In this document: piece after piece, positions 34,436 to 42,555 of the stretch
Layout: each line of letters begins with the position of its first letter
Position numbering within the stretch: the stretch's first letter is position 1
NCBI GenBank assembly: GCA_029936175.1
Contig: JAPYUI010000009.1
Span: forward strand, 1,661-47,015
Direction of reading: 5' to 3'
DNA: 45,355 nt
Source: Kiritimatiellia bacterium
GTDB lineage: Bacteria > Verrucomicrobiota > Kiritimatiellia > SS1-B-03-39 > UBA6053
The notes under the pieces: model-generated
Database searches by the model: none
What the model was told of the DNA's origin: nothing
The model's input: only the letters and a program-made list of their open reading frames with translations
Program-made: the position numbers and the translations under genes

Positions 34436-36163
34436 ATGAGTACAATCCGCCAAGCACCGGAAATCAGCATCTCCGGGTTCGAGATCCTCGAGCTCCTGGG
34501 TGAAGGCGGCATGGCGAAGGTATACAAAGCTCGCCAGACCCGGCTGGACCGGATTGTCGCGGTTAAGGTGCTAAAGTTCGGTATTGCCGCTGAAGATGCA
34601 GAGGAACGGGAGCGCTTCAAGAGCGAAGCCCGGGCCGCCGCAACCATCAATCACCCCAATATCGTCCAGATTATCGACGCCGGCGAGGTGGGAACGATCC
34701 CTTATTACGTCATGGAGTATGTCCCCGGGTACTCGGTTGCGGACCTCCTGGATATCAAGCGCATCATCCCCGAAGAAGACGCCCTGTCCATCGCTTCGGA
34801 ACTCGCCAAGGCCCTCGAGTACTGCTGGGACCAGCACCAGATGATCCACTGCGATATCAAGCCCGACAACATCATGCTTCACACCGAGGGAACGGTCAAG
34901 CTGGCTGACCTTGGACTGGCGCGTGTCCTCGGGCGGGCCCAGGTGGAAATCGAAAGCGACATGACCATGGGCACGCCGCATTACATGTCACCGGAACAGG
35001 CCCTGGCGGACGATGAGCTCGATTGCCGTTCGGACATATATTCACTTGGAGCCATGCTCTACCACATGCTGACCGGGGTCATTCCCTTTCACTCCCTGGA
35101 TATGGAGGTGGTCCTCCAGAAGCAGATCGAGGGGTTTCTCCCGGATCCTTACGAGGTCAACCCGAACCTATCCGGTGCTTCCGTCTACCTGGTCGAAAAG
35201 TTGATGGCCAAACATGTATCCGATCGCCAGCAGAGTTGGGGCGAAGTTGCCGATGACATTGAACTCGTGATCGCGGGCCACATGCTTAACAAGCCGATCC
35301 GGGGCGAAAGCATCAGTACCGTCAGTCGGCATCCCGCGCGGCCGATGCCGAAGATCATCCCCCCGAAAAAGAAACAGGGCAGGACGCGTGTCGTTGCGGG
35401 GCAGGCCCCCACGCCGAAGCGCCGCATCCTGATCAGCGAGGATGAGAAAAAGCAAATCGCCGCTCACCACCAGCACCGTGAACATAGCGAAATGCCCCGA
35501 TCCCTGGGTGTTTTCGGACTCATCGCCGTGCTCTGTATCCTGCTTTATAGCTATACCGCGTTGGTGACGAAAAAGCACAGCCTTGATGTACAGGCCCTCC
35601 TTCCCGTGCAGGCGGGTCTCCCCTCGACCCGATCCACACCTGTTCCGATAGCGGGTCGCATACAGGCGGGATCGGCCAAAGACCGGGCCAACCGTGACGC
35701 GGTACTCGATGAGGTGGAAAAAAAGCTGAACCGACGCAAACCGCCCAAGCCTGCACCGGTAAAGGCTGCGGTCAGCGCACTGCCTGCCCGCGACGATACC
35801 GCGCCGAAAAACGCTGTGGTCAAGCCCCCGCCGGTCCGCGAAGGCATCGCTCCTGCCTCGTCCGTACCGGCTATACCCAAACCCGGGAAGGACCCCGGGC
35901 CAAAGAACAAAGCGGGATGGGATAATCCGGATTACGCCAAGGCGGTGAGGGACGCCATCAATTTGCGAAAAATCTTTATTCAACAGATCAAGCGGCAAGC
36001 TCCGCTCGAGGATTTACAGAAAATTGAATCGGCTGCGCGCCACTTGGTCGACGAGTTCGATAAACTGGAGGCCATTGCACCTGCGGGGGTTTCGATTGAA
36101 GCCTACAAGCGCGACATGAATCGGCTGATTTTCGACTGCCACCAGTCGATGAGGATTAACTAA
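34436..36163 (+). CDS. Membrane-spanning Hanks-type Ser/Thr protein kinase
   Basis: GEGGMAKVYKA (G-loop), VAVKVL (catalytic Lys), HCDIKPDNIML, DLGLAR and GTPHYMSPEQ. One TM segment, LGVFGLIAVLCILLYSYTALV, lies at about 35503-35566. A Pro-rich ~200-aa C-terminal region follows. Confidence 0.85.
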   Translation: MSTIRQAPEISISGFEILELLGEGGMAKVYKARQTRLDRIVAVKVLKFGIAAEDAEERERFKSEARAAATINHPNIVQIIDAGEVGTIPYYVMEYVPGYSVADLLDIKRIIPEEDALSIASELAKALEYCWDQHQMIHCDIKPDNIMLHTEGTVKLADLGLARVLGRAQVEIESDMTMGTPHYMSPEQALADDELDCRSDIYSLGAMLYHMLTGVIPFHSLDMEVVLQKQIEGFLPDPYEVNPNLSGASVYLVEKLMAKHVSDRQQSWGEVADDIELVIAGHMLNKPIRGESISTVSRHPARPMPKIIPPKKKQGRTRVVAGQAPTPKRRILISEDEKKQIAAHHQHREHSEMPRSLGVFGLIAVLCILLYSYTALVTKKHSLDVQALLPVQAGLPSTRSTPVPIAGRIQAGSAKDRANRDAVLDEVEKKLNRRKPPKPAPVKAAVSALPARDDTAPKNAVVKPPPVREGIAPASSVPAIPKPGKDPGPKNKAGWDNPDYAKAVRDAINLRKIFIQQIKRQAPLEDLQKIESAARHLVDEFDKLEAIAPAGVSIEAYKRDMNRLIFDCHQSMRIN

Positions 36164-36174
36164 GGCCCCTTGAG

Positions 36175-36861
36175 TCAGCCGCCGTTTGTGAAAAGCGTCA
36201 TGCACGGTTCGGTATCCGACAGTGACTCCAGCGCCACGTCGGCCCCGGCGGCCAGCAGTGCCTCCGCATCGTAGCCCCCGGTAGCCACTCCGATCGCCAT
36301 GGCACCGATGGCATGTGCGGCGTCAATGTCACGCGGCGTATCGCCGACAAGATAGGTTTTGGACAGTGCATTCCCCTTGTTTAAGGCGAGCGCACGCTCG
36401 TGGGCGAGCCGTGCCATCTCCTTGCGATCTGCATGATCGTCACCAAAACCACCATGGTCAAAATGATGGTCCAGTTGTGCATGGCGCAGCTTGTTATAGG
36501 CCAATCTTTTCGCGTTTCCCGTGACCAGGCCCAGCAGGCAGTTGGCGTCATCATCCAGCCCCCGCAACAATTCACGTACGCCTGCGAAAACGGTTATCGG
36601 TGTCGCGATAAAGGCTTCATTGTAGGCGCTTTCTAAGGATTCGAAAAAGGCATCCGCCTGGCTGAGGCTGTCGACCTGTCCATGATGGGTGAGGATGTCC
36701 TCGAGCACGCCGAGGTCCGTCGCGCCGGAAAAGTGGATACGGTTCATATCGACTTCGATGCCGAAATGTCTACGTACGGCGATACCGTACGCGTGGCTTC
36801 CGGCCCCACCGGTGTCCAGCAAGGTGCCATCGATATCAAACCAGACGGCTACCTCAGGCAT
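36175..36861 (-). CDS. HAD-superfamily hydrolase (phosphoglycolate phosphatase-like subfamily IA)
   Basis: Motif I WFDIDGTLLDT, motif II LVTGN, and motif III/IV K...LVGDTPRDIDAA. Confidence 0.75.
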   Translation of the reverse strand: MPEVAVWFDIDGTLLDTGGAGSHAYGIAVRRHFGIEVDMNRIHFSGATDLGVLEDILTHHGQVDSLSQADAFFESLESAYNEAFIATPITVFAGVRELLRGLDDDANCLLGLVTGNAKRLAYNKLRHAQLDHHFDHGGFGDDHADRKEMARLAHERALALNKGNALSKTYLVGDTPRDIDAAHAIGAMAIGVATGGYDAEALLAAGADVALESLSDTEPCMTLFTNGG

Positions 36862-36962
36862 GCGTGCCGCTCAGCTCAGGGGGTGGGTGCAATGATAATC
36901 GAGCGGGCTGGGACAAGCGGGTCCATCCCCGGGTAGCCTTTATTAGCCGGAAATACAAAGGC

Positions 36963-38060
36963 TCACCGGCTCTTTTTGCGGGCGGTTCCATCTGTGTAAA
37001 ACGGTAAACCCGTTACCCTCGCGGGCAGCTCTTTGTTGCGCACGGAGATGGCCAATTCGGTTCCGGGTGCATGAAAGCCGTCATCCACGTAGGCCAGGGC
37101 TATCGCACAATCCAGGGAGGGTGCGACAGAGCCGCTGGTGACTTCGCCCACCGTTTCGCCATTCGCGACCACCCGGTCATGCGATCGGGCGGCGCGTTTG
37201 CTCTCCAGCATCAGCCCGACGAGGTGCCGCGTCGGATTCGCGAGCTCCCGCTCGACCGCAGGTTTCCCGATAAAATCTTTCCCCATGTGAATAAAGGCCC
37301 CGCCGGTTGCTCCAGCAGGTGTCATGTGTGCGTTGAGCTCGTTGCCGTAGAGTGCGTAGCCCATTTCGAGTCGAAGGGTATCGCGGGCACCGAGTCCCGC
37401 CGGTTGAATCACCCCGCCACCAACCAGGCGATGCCAGATATCGATCGCGGGTGCGGAATCAAAATAAAATTCGTAGCCCCATTCGCCGGTATAGCCCGTG
37501 CGTGAAAGCGTCATGGGTATGCCGCCCAGGTCAAGGTCCGCGAAGCGGAAGTAGCCCAAATCGGGCAGGGGGCCAAGAACCGCCTCGACGGCCTGTCGCG
37601 CCCCCGGTCCCTGGACATCGATCTTGGTGCGACCAGGCGACAAATCGGTGAAGGTGGTGTTGGCCGACAGGTGGGATTTAATCCACGAGGCATCGTTGCC
37701 CCGGGTCCCGGCATTCACCACGAGAAAGAAGTGCTCCCCCGCCCGCCGGTAGCAGGTCAGGTCATCGATGACCCCGCCTTCGTCGTTCAAGAGGAAGCCA
37801 TAGCGGCACTGGCCTTCACGAATCGTGTCCACGTTCAGGGTGAGCAGGTTTTCCAGGTCGGCTTGGGCCCCGGGCCCTTTTACCTCGAATTCCCCCATGT
37901 GACAGGTGTCGAAGATCGAGGCCTTGGTCCGGGTGTGATGGTGCTCGTTTAGAATGCCTGCATATTGAATCGGCATATCCCACCCGCCAAAAGGTCCCAT
38001 GCGTGCCCCGGCCGCCTTGTGGACCTCGTAGAGTGGGGTCTGGAAGAGTTGGTCGGTCAT
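36963..38060 (-). CDS. gcvT: Glycine cleavage system aminomethyltransferase (T protein)
   Basis: TPLYEVHKAAGARMGPFGGWDMPIQY, FDTCHMGEF and TGYTGEWGYEF. I chose the ATG at 38060 (MTDQLFQTPLY), which matches the usual N-terminus. The listed 38108 start adds 16 non-conserved residues. Confidence 0.9.
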   Translation of the reverse strand: MTDQLFQTPLYEVHKAAGARMGPFGGWDMPIQYAGILNEHHHTRTKASIFDTCHMGEFEVKGPGAQADLENLLTLNVDTIREGQCRYGFLLNDEGGVIDDLTCYRRAGEHFFLVVNAGTRGNDASWIKSHLSANTTFTDLSPGRTKIDVQGPGARQAVEAVLGPLPDLGYFRFADLDLGGIPMTLSRTGYTGEWGYEFYFDSAPAIDIWHRLVGGGVIQPAGLGARDTLRLEMGYALYGNELNAHMTPAGATGGAFIHMGKDFIGKPAVERELANPTRHLVGLMLESKRAARSHDRVVANGETVGEVTSGSVAPSLDCAIALAYVDDGFHAPGTELAISVRNKELPARVTGLPFYTDGTARKKSR

Positions 38061-38135
38061 AATTCTTGCTTCGTCCGGGTTGAAATACGCCCCGGCTGTG
38101 CCTATCATAGTAGCCTACCCAGGAGAACACCGAAC

Positions 38136-38894
38136 TTGAACAAAGACATCTCTGAGTTGATTAAGGATTGGGAATACGATCCGGCGACCGTCAATGCGCG
38201 ACATATTCTCGGGGCTGACGGCACGCGTCGTATTCAGTTGCGCCTGGACCTCGGCATCCTCCAGCTGGAGATGACGGGGCGTCCGGATGGCACGCGGCCC
38301 CGGGGCTATGATACCCTGCTGGACTATTTCAAGATGGGGGCGGGAACAAGCAAAGGCCGGTTCAAATTGAATGCCGATGACTGCTCGGAATTGCAGCAGG
38401 AGGCCACCCAGTTTTACTATCGCTACATCTCGAGTCTCTCGCTCAAGGATTACGATGCGGTTGTCCGCGATACGCAGCATAACCTTGAGCTGTTTGAATT
38501 TGTCGAAGCCCATACTGAAGATGCCGAAATGTCCTGGGAGTTTACCCAGTACAAGCCGTACCTGCTCATGATGCAGACACGGGCATTCGCGGAATCCGCC
38601 TCCGCCAGGAAAGACTTCGAAGAGGCCTCCTGTGCGGTGATGCGCGGGCTGGAAGAAATATGGACTTTCTGGGATGAGCAGGCCGAACCCGCATTCAAGA
38701 CCGACAGCTACGAGGTGGAGGTACTCACCAAGTTGCTCGAGACCTACATCAGTGAAACGCCGCTGAGCGAGGTGGACGAGCTGAGGGAAAAACTGCACTA
38801 CGCGGTCAAGTCCGAGAACTACGAGCGGGCCGCGAAGTTGCGTGATGAACTGCAGGCCATGTCCGAGCCATCGGCCGAACAACCGGTTGTTTAA
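38136..38894 (+). CDS. UVR (UvrB/UvrC) motif-containing protein of unknown function
   Basis: The C-terminal ELREKLHYAVKSENYERAAKLRDELQAM matches the UVR motif. The listed ORF start (37965) overlaps gcvT. A TTG at 38136 follows AGGAG (38121-25) by 10 nt. The first in-frame ATG is at 38271. Confidence 0.55.
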   Translation: MNKDISELIKDWEYDPATVNARHILGADGTRRIQLRLDLGILQLEMTGRPDGTRPRGYDTLLDYFKMGAGTSKGRFKLNADDCSELQQEATQFYYRYISSLSLKDYDAVVRDTQHNLELFEFVEAHTEDAEMSWEFTQYKPYLLMMQTRAFAESASARKDFEEASCAVMRGLEEIWTFWDEQAEPAFKTDSYEVEVLTKLLETYISETPLSEVDELREKLHYAVKSENYERAAKLRDELQAMSEPSAEQPVV

Positions 38895-38960
38895 GAGGTT
38901 TTTCGCATCAGTCAGGGTTCCAATACATCGTCCGGGTTTTCCCCGCGCTCCTGGCTGGAG

Positions 38961-39824
38961 TTGATTCGGCTACCCAATCTCTTCAGCGTACCCGGCGATC
39001 CGCTGGTGGGGTTTTTTGTCATCGCCGCCGGCGCATCCTTCAGCCCTGTCCATCTTGCCGCCGGCTGTGGGGCCATGCTCTTCCTGTACATGGCCGGCCT
39101 CATCCTGAATGACCTGATGGACTTCGATCAGGATCTCGCCGAACGACCGGAACGCCCGCTGCCCAGCGGGAATATTTCCCGTCGCGCTGCGCAGGTCACT
39201 TTTTTGTTCTGTACCCTTGCGGCATTTGCCCTGTGCAGTCTGCCCGGGAGGAAAGCCCCCCTGGTCATGTGTCTGCTCGTGTTCCTTTTTGTCTGCCTGT
39301 ATAACACCGCCTTAAAGGGTATCCGGATTATCGGCCCCGTGAGTATGGGCCTGTGTCGTGGAGGCAGCATACTCCTGGGGGCGGCCATGTTCTCGGGTAA
39401 GCTGGACAACTCGATCGCCCTCATCATGGCCGTGCATACCGCGGTCATCGCGATTGCGCTCATTACCATGATCGCCGATTACGAAACCCGCAAGGACATC
39501 CCCGTGATAGCCATCTGGCTGCCGGGCATCATCGTCCTCGGAGGCCTGGTCGCCTACCGCCTGTCGTTGCCACTTAACTGGCGAAATACCGACTACCTAT
39601 TTTGCCTGGCGGGTGGCACCGCGGTGTATTTCCATGGCCGAACCGCGATGAATATCTGGCGGCGAAGGCAGGTGACCCCACCCGACATCGGCCGGATGAT
39701 CGGCGCCCACATGTTTATCCAGTCGGCTTGGCTCTTTGCCGTAAATGCCTATATAGCCGGGGGGGTCGTCCTCCTGCTGTGGCCGATAAACCGCCTGGTG
39801 GTGCGCAGGATTTATGCGAGTTAG
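38961..39824 (+). CDS. UbiA-family prenyltransferase
   Basis: The protein is polytopic with an Asp-rich motif NDLMDFDQDLAERPERPLPSG (NDxxDxxxD). The only start that retains TM1 is the TTG at 38961; the first ATG is 39 codons in. Confidence 0.7.
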   Translation: MIRLPNLFSVPGDPLVGFFVIAAGASFSPVHLAAGCGAMLFLYMAGLILNDLMDFDQDLAERPERPLPSGNISRRAAQVTFLFCTLAAFALCSLPGRKAPLVMCLLVFLFVCLYNTALKGIRIIGPVSMGLCRGGSILLGAAMFSGKLDNSIALIMAVHTAVIAIALITMIADYETRKDIPVIAIWLPGIIVLGGLVAYRLSLPLNWRNTDYLFCLAGGTAVYFHGRTAMNIWRRRQVTPPDIGRMIGAHMFIQSAWLFAVNAYIAGGVVLLLWPINRLVVRRIYAS

Positions 39825-39861
39825 CCATGGCAATTGTGCGCGTGGTCAGTGATACTTCTGG

Positions 39862-40482
39862 ATGATGACTCGATTCCTCCTGCTCCTCCTGCCTCTCGTC
39901 CCTCCCGGCCTTTTCGCCGTCGACGAACCCGCCCTGGGTGACGGAAAGAAGCAGGTCATTCGCGTACTGGGTCAACCCCAAGGGGCCATGCGGATCGCCG
40001 GGAAGGAGGTGCTCTACTATTCACGGGGCCTGGTCAACCTTGAACACGGCAAGGTCGACCAGGTCGACCTGTTGAGCGAAGCTGAGTTGGTAGCGTTCAA
40101 GCGCGAGATCGCCTTGCGCGAGGAAATCAACCAGCTTGAGGAGGAAGCCGCTCGTCGGGTGAAAATAGCCCAGGGCCGGGAGCAGCGGGATCGCATCCTG
40201 GCAGACGAAACCTTCGAGACCCGTCCCGCCTCGGTGCGCCTGCATGCCTGGGATATGTTCAAAAGACGTTTTCCTGATGTGCCCGTCGATGCATCTTCGT
40301 ATCAGCGGGCGCTGGAGGAAACCCGGGAGCAGCAGGCCCGGGAGCAGGTAGTCCTCCAGCAGAAACAGGCCGCCGAAGCCGCCCAAAAAAATGATCCTGG
40401 ACCTCGACCGAGGATTTCCGGAAAGCGCATCAAGAAAATGAGGCGCGCCGGCACATGGAAGTGGTCGGAAACGAAGGAGTAA
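39862..40482 (+). CDS. Secreted hypothetical protein: small BamE/SmpA-OmlA-like N-domain plus charged helical region and basic tail
   Basis: Signal peptide MMTRFLLLLLPLVPPGLFA. LGDGKKQVIRVLGQPQGAMRIAGKEVLYYSRGLVNLEHGKVDQV resembles the SmpA/OmlA pattern (weak). An E/R/Q-rich helix and the tail KRIKKMRRAGTWKW follow. Confidence 0.45.
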   Translation: MMTRFLLLLLPLVPPGLFAVDEPALGDGKKQVIRVLGQPQGAMRIAGKEVLYYSRGLVNLEHGKVDQVDLLSEAELVAFKREIALREEINQLEEEAARRVKIAQGREQRDRILADETFETRPASVRLHAWDMFKRRFPDVPVDASSYQRALEETREQQAREQVVLQQKQAAEAAQKNDPGPRPRISGKRIKKMRRAGTWKWSETKE

Positions 40483-40644
40483 GGTGAGGCGGAACAGCTT
40501 TATCCCCGCCACCGAAACGGGAACCAGCTGGTCAAGCACTATTGAAAAACAGGCAAGTGGGCGTGTGGCCGGATGCTACCGGGTGGTGCTATCCTCCTCG
40601 CCAAGGCTTCCCGAAGTCCGTACATTTTGTCCCAGGGATTTCTC

Positions 40645-41427
40645 ATGCGTTTGTGTATATGTATTATTTGGCTGACCCTTCCTCTATTTGCGGATCCTTC
40701 CCCGTTGAATATCGTGGTGACGGAAGGTGTCTGGAAGGGTGCCGGGGTCAATGACGTACAGGCGATCCTTTCCTCCACCGGGCGCGATCTGTGGAAATTC
40801 TCTTCCGATGACAGGCTGAAGCCGATTATCGTGACCAATGGGGACGAGGGGCCGATTGTTCTTTATCGACGTGGGCCGAATGGGGAGTACCGGGTTCGCC
40901 TGGACACCGGCAAGCAGTACTGGTCCCAGTACGCCTACCAGTTTGCGCACGAACTTTGTCACATCATGTGCCATTACAAGGAGGGGGATAGGTCCAATCA
41001 CTGGTTTGAGGAAAGTCTCTGCGAATGCGCGTCGATCTTTACCCTGCGGGAGATGTCGAAAACCTGGGAGAAGAACCCGCCTTTCGTAAACTGGAAGGAT
41101 TACCGAGAATCCCTGGCAAGCTACGCGCTCGATCGCATTGAGGAGCATCGCCTGCCGAAGGGGCAGACGCTGGCCGCATGGTACAGGGAGCATGCGGAGC
41201 ACCTGAAAACCCACGCCACCGATCGCGCCAAAAACTCGACCGTAGCCACGGAGCTTTTGAAGATCTTTGAGGAAAAACCCACCCGCTGGGGTGCGGTGGC
41301 ATTTATTAACAAGGCGCGCACGAATGAGCCGATCAGCTTTTCCACGTATTTGAACAACTGGCGGGAGCATTGCCCGGGGGAGTACAAGGAAACGGTGGAC
41401 CGGGTGCGTGGACTGTTCGTGGATTGA
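40645..41427 (+). CDS. Secreted putative zinc metallopeptidase (HExxH, gluzincin-like)
   Basis: The ATG at 40645 follows AGGGA by 6 nt. Signal peptide MRLCICIIWLTLPLFADP. AYQFAHELCHIMCH is followed 15-16 residues after the second His by WFEESLCE, matching the HExxH...E gluzincin arrangement. Confidence 0.55.
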   Translation: MRLCICIIWLTLPLFADPSPLNIVVTEGVWKGAGVNDVQAILSSTGRDLWKFSSDDRLKPIIVTNGDEGPIVLYRRGPNGEYRVRLDTGKQYWSQYAYQFAHELCHIMCHYKEGDRSNHWFEESLCECASIFTLREMSKTWEKNPPFVNWKDYRESLASYALDRIEEHRLPKGQTLAAWYREHAEHLKTHATDRAKNSTVATELLKIFEEKPTRWGAVAFINKARTNEPISFSTYLNNWREHCPGEYKETVDRVRGLFVD

Positions 41428-41483
41428 GTCTTTCGGGATGGTGTCCCGGTCGAGGCCATTACAGGCTTGGACCCATTCTGTAA

Positions 41484-41512
41484 TTGTAACCCCCCCTGCC
41501 TGGGTCTATACT
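41484..41512 (+). promoter_or_regulatory. Sigma-70-like promoter candidate for the SPFH gene pair
   Basis: TTGTAA (41484-89), a 17-nt spacer and TATACT (41507-12), about 50 nt upstream of the ATG at 41563. GGGAG lies 9 nt before that ATG. Confidence 0.4.
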
Positions 41513-41562
41513 CAGTACCAAGTCGGGTACTTTACCGATCAACCCCGTGGGAGTAGCGTATT

Positions 41563-42537
41563 ATGATCATTTTTGGATTCCTCGTCGGCCTCGTTATTTA
41601 CGTTGTTTTCCGCCTGGTACTCAGCGGTTTCTACGTCGTGCGGCCCGACCAGCGGGCGGTACTGACCTCTTTCGGCCGGGCTGCCCGCGTCTCTAAAGAA
41701 GCCGTTGACGACCCCCATCTTTCCGATGACGAGAAGGAGCGTTACGTCTATCCCCAGGTCCAGGTGATCCGCCCGGGAGGTCCGTACTACAAATTTCCCT
41801 GGCAGAAAGTCCACAAGGTGAGCGTGTCCACGAAGGCGGTCGACCTGACGTGGGATCCGACCAAGGAACAGGGGACCATCGAAGCGGTGACCAAGGATAA
41901 CCTGACGACCGGCACCAACGGTCAACTCCGCTACAAGGTCAGCGAGAATAATCTGTATGCCTACCTGTTCGGCGTCCAGGACCCGCTGCAGCACGTGATG
42001 GGCTTTTTTATTTCCGTGTTCCGCGAACGCATCGCCAACTTCGTGGACCCCAAGCGGCAGGTACCGGCGATGGGTGATGAGGACGTGACTACGGCGACCT
42101 CGGTAGACCTTTCCGAGGGCGTGTCGATTAATGACCTGCGGAAGAACCTGCACGTGCTTAACGAGTTCATGGAGGCGCAGTGCCGGGGGACCTCCGGTCG
42201 TTACGGCATCGAGCTCGAAGCCGCCCTGGTCACGGAAATCGATCCACCGGCGGAAGTGGACCGGGCCCTGTCCGCCATCAACAGTACCCGCAACCAGGTC
42301 GCTGCGGATATCAGCACCGCCCGGGCGGACTCGGAGCAGCAGATCACCATGAGCAACCGGGCCGTGGAAATTGCCACCAACAATGCACTGGCGGAAGTTG
42401 CGCCATTGAACGTGTTGTCGGACACCTTGACCAAGGTGAAGGGGGAAGGTGGTTCAACCGCCTTAAAAGCGTACTTGCGCAACATGCGCGTACCCCTGCT
42501 CGGGCAGGCTCGCAACATCATTCAAGTCAGCGAATAA
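41563..42537 (+). CDS. SPFH/Band-7 domain membrane protein (HflK/C- or stomatin-like)
   Basis: An N-terminal TM helix MIIFGFLVGLVIYVVFRLVL is followed by FYVVRPDQRAVLTSFGR, the typical SPFH entry. Also present are ...GIELEAALVTEIDPPAEV and a helical C-terminus. Confidence 0.8.
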   Translation: MIIFGFLVGLVIYVVFRLVLSGFYVVRPDQRAVLTSFGRAARVSKEAVDDPHLSDDEKERYVYPQVQVIRPGGPYYKFPWQKVHKVSVSTKAVDLTWDPTKEQGTIEAVTKDNLTTGTNGQLRYKVSENNLYAYLFGVQDPLQHVMGFFISVFRERIANFVDPKRQVPAMGDEDVTTATSVDLSEGVSINDLRKNLHVLNEFMEAQCRGTSGRYGIELEAALVTEIDPPAEVDRALSAINSTRNQVAADISTARADSEQQITMSNRAVEIATNNALAEVAPLNVLSDTLTKVKGEGGSTALKAYLRNMRVPLLGQARNIIQVSE

Positions 42538-42555
42538 CCTTTAGGGAGAACAATC

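Noticed and set aside
38061-38135. Looked for a glycine riboswitch upstream of gcvT.
   Set aside because: Only about 75 nt are available, and I found none of the conserved GGAGAG / CACCG / CTCTGGAGAG-type blocks on the minus strand.
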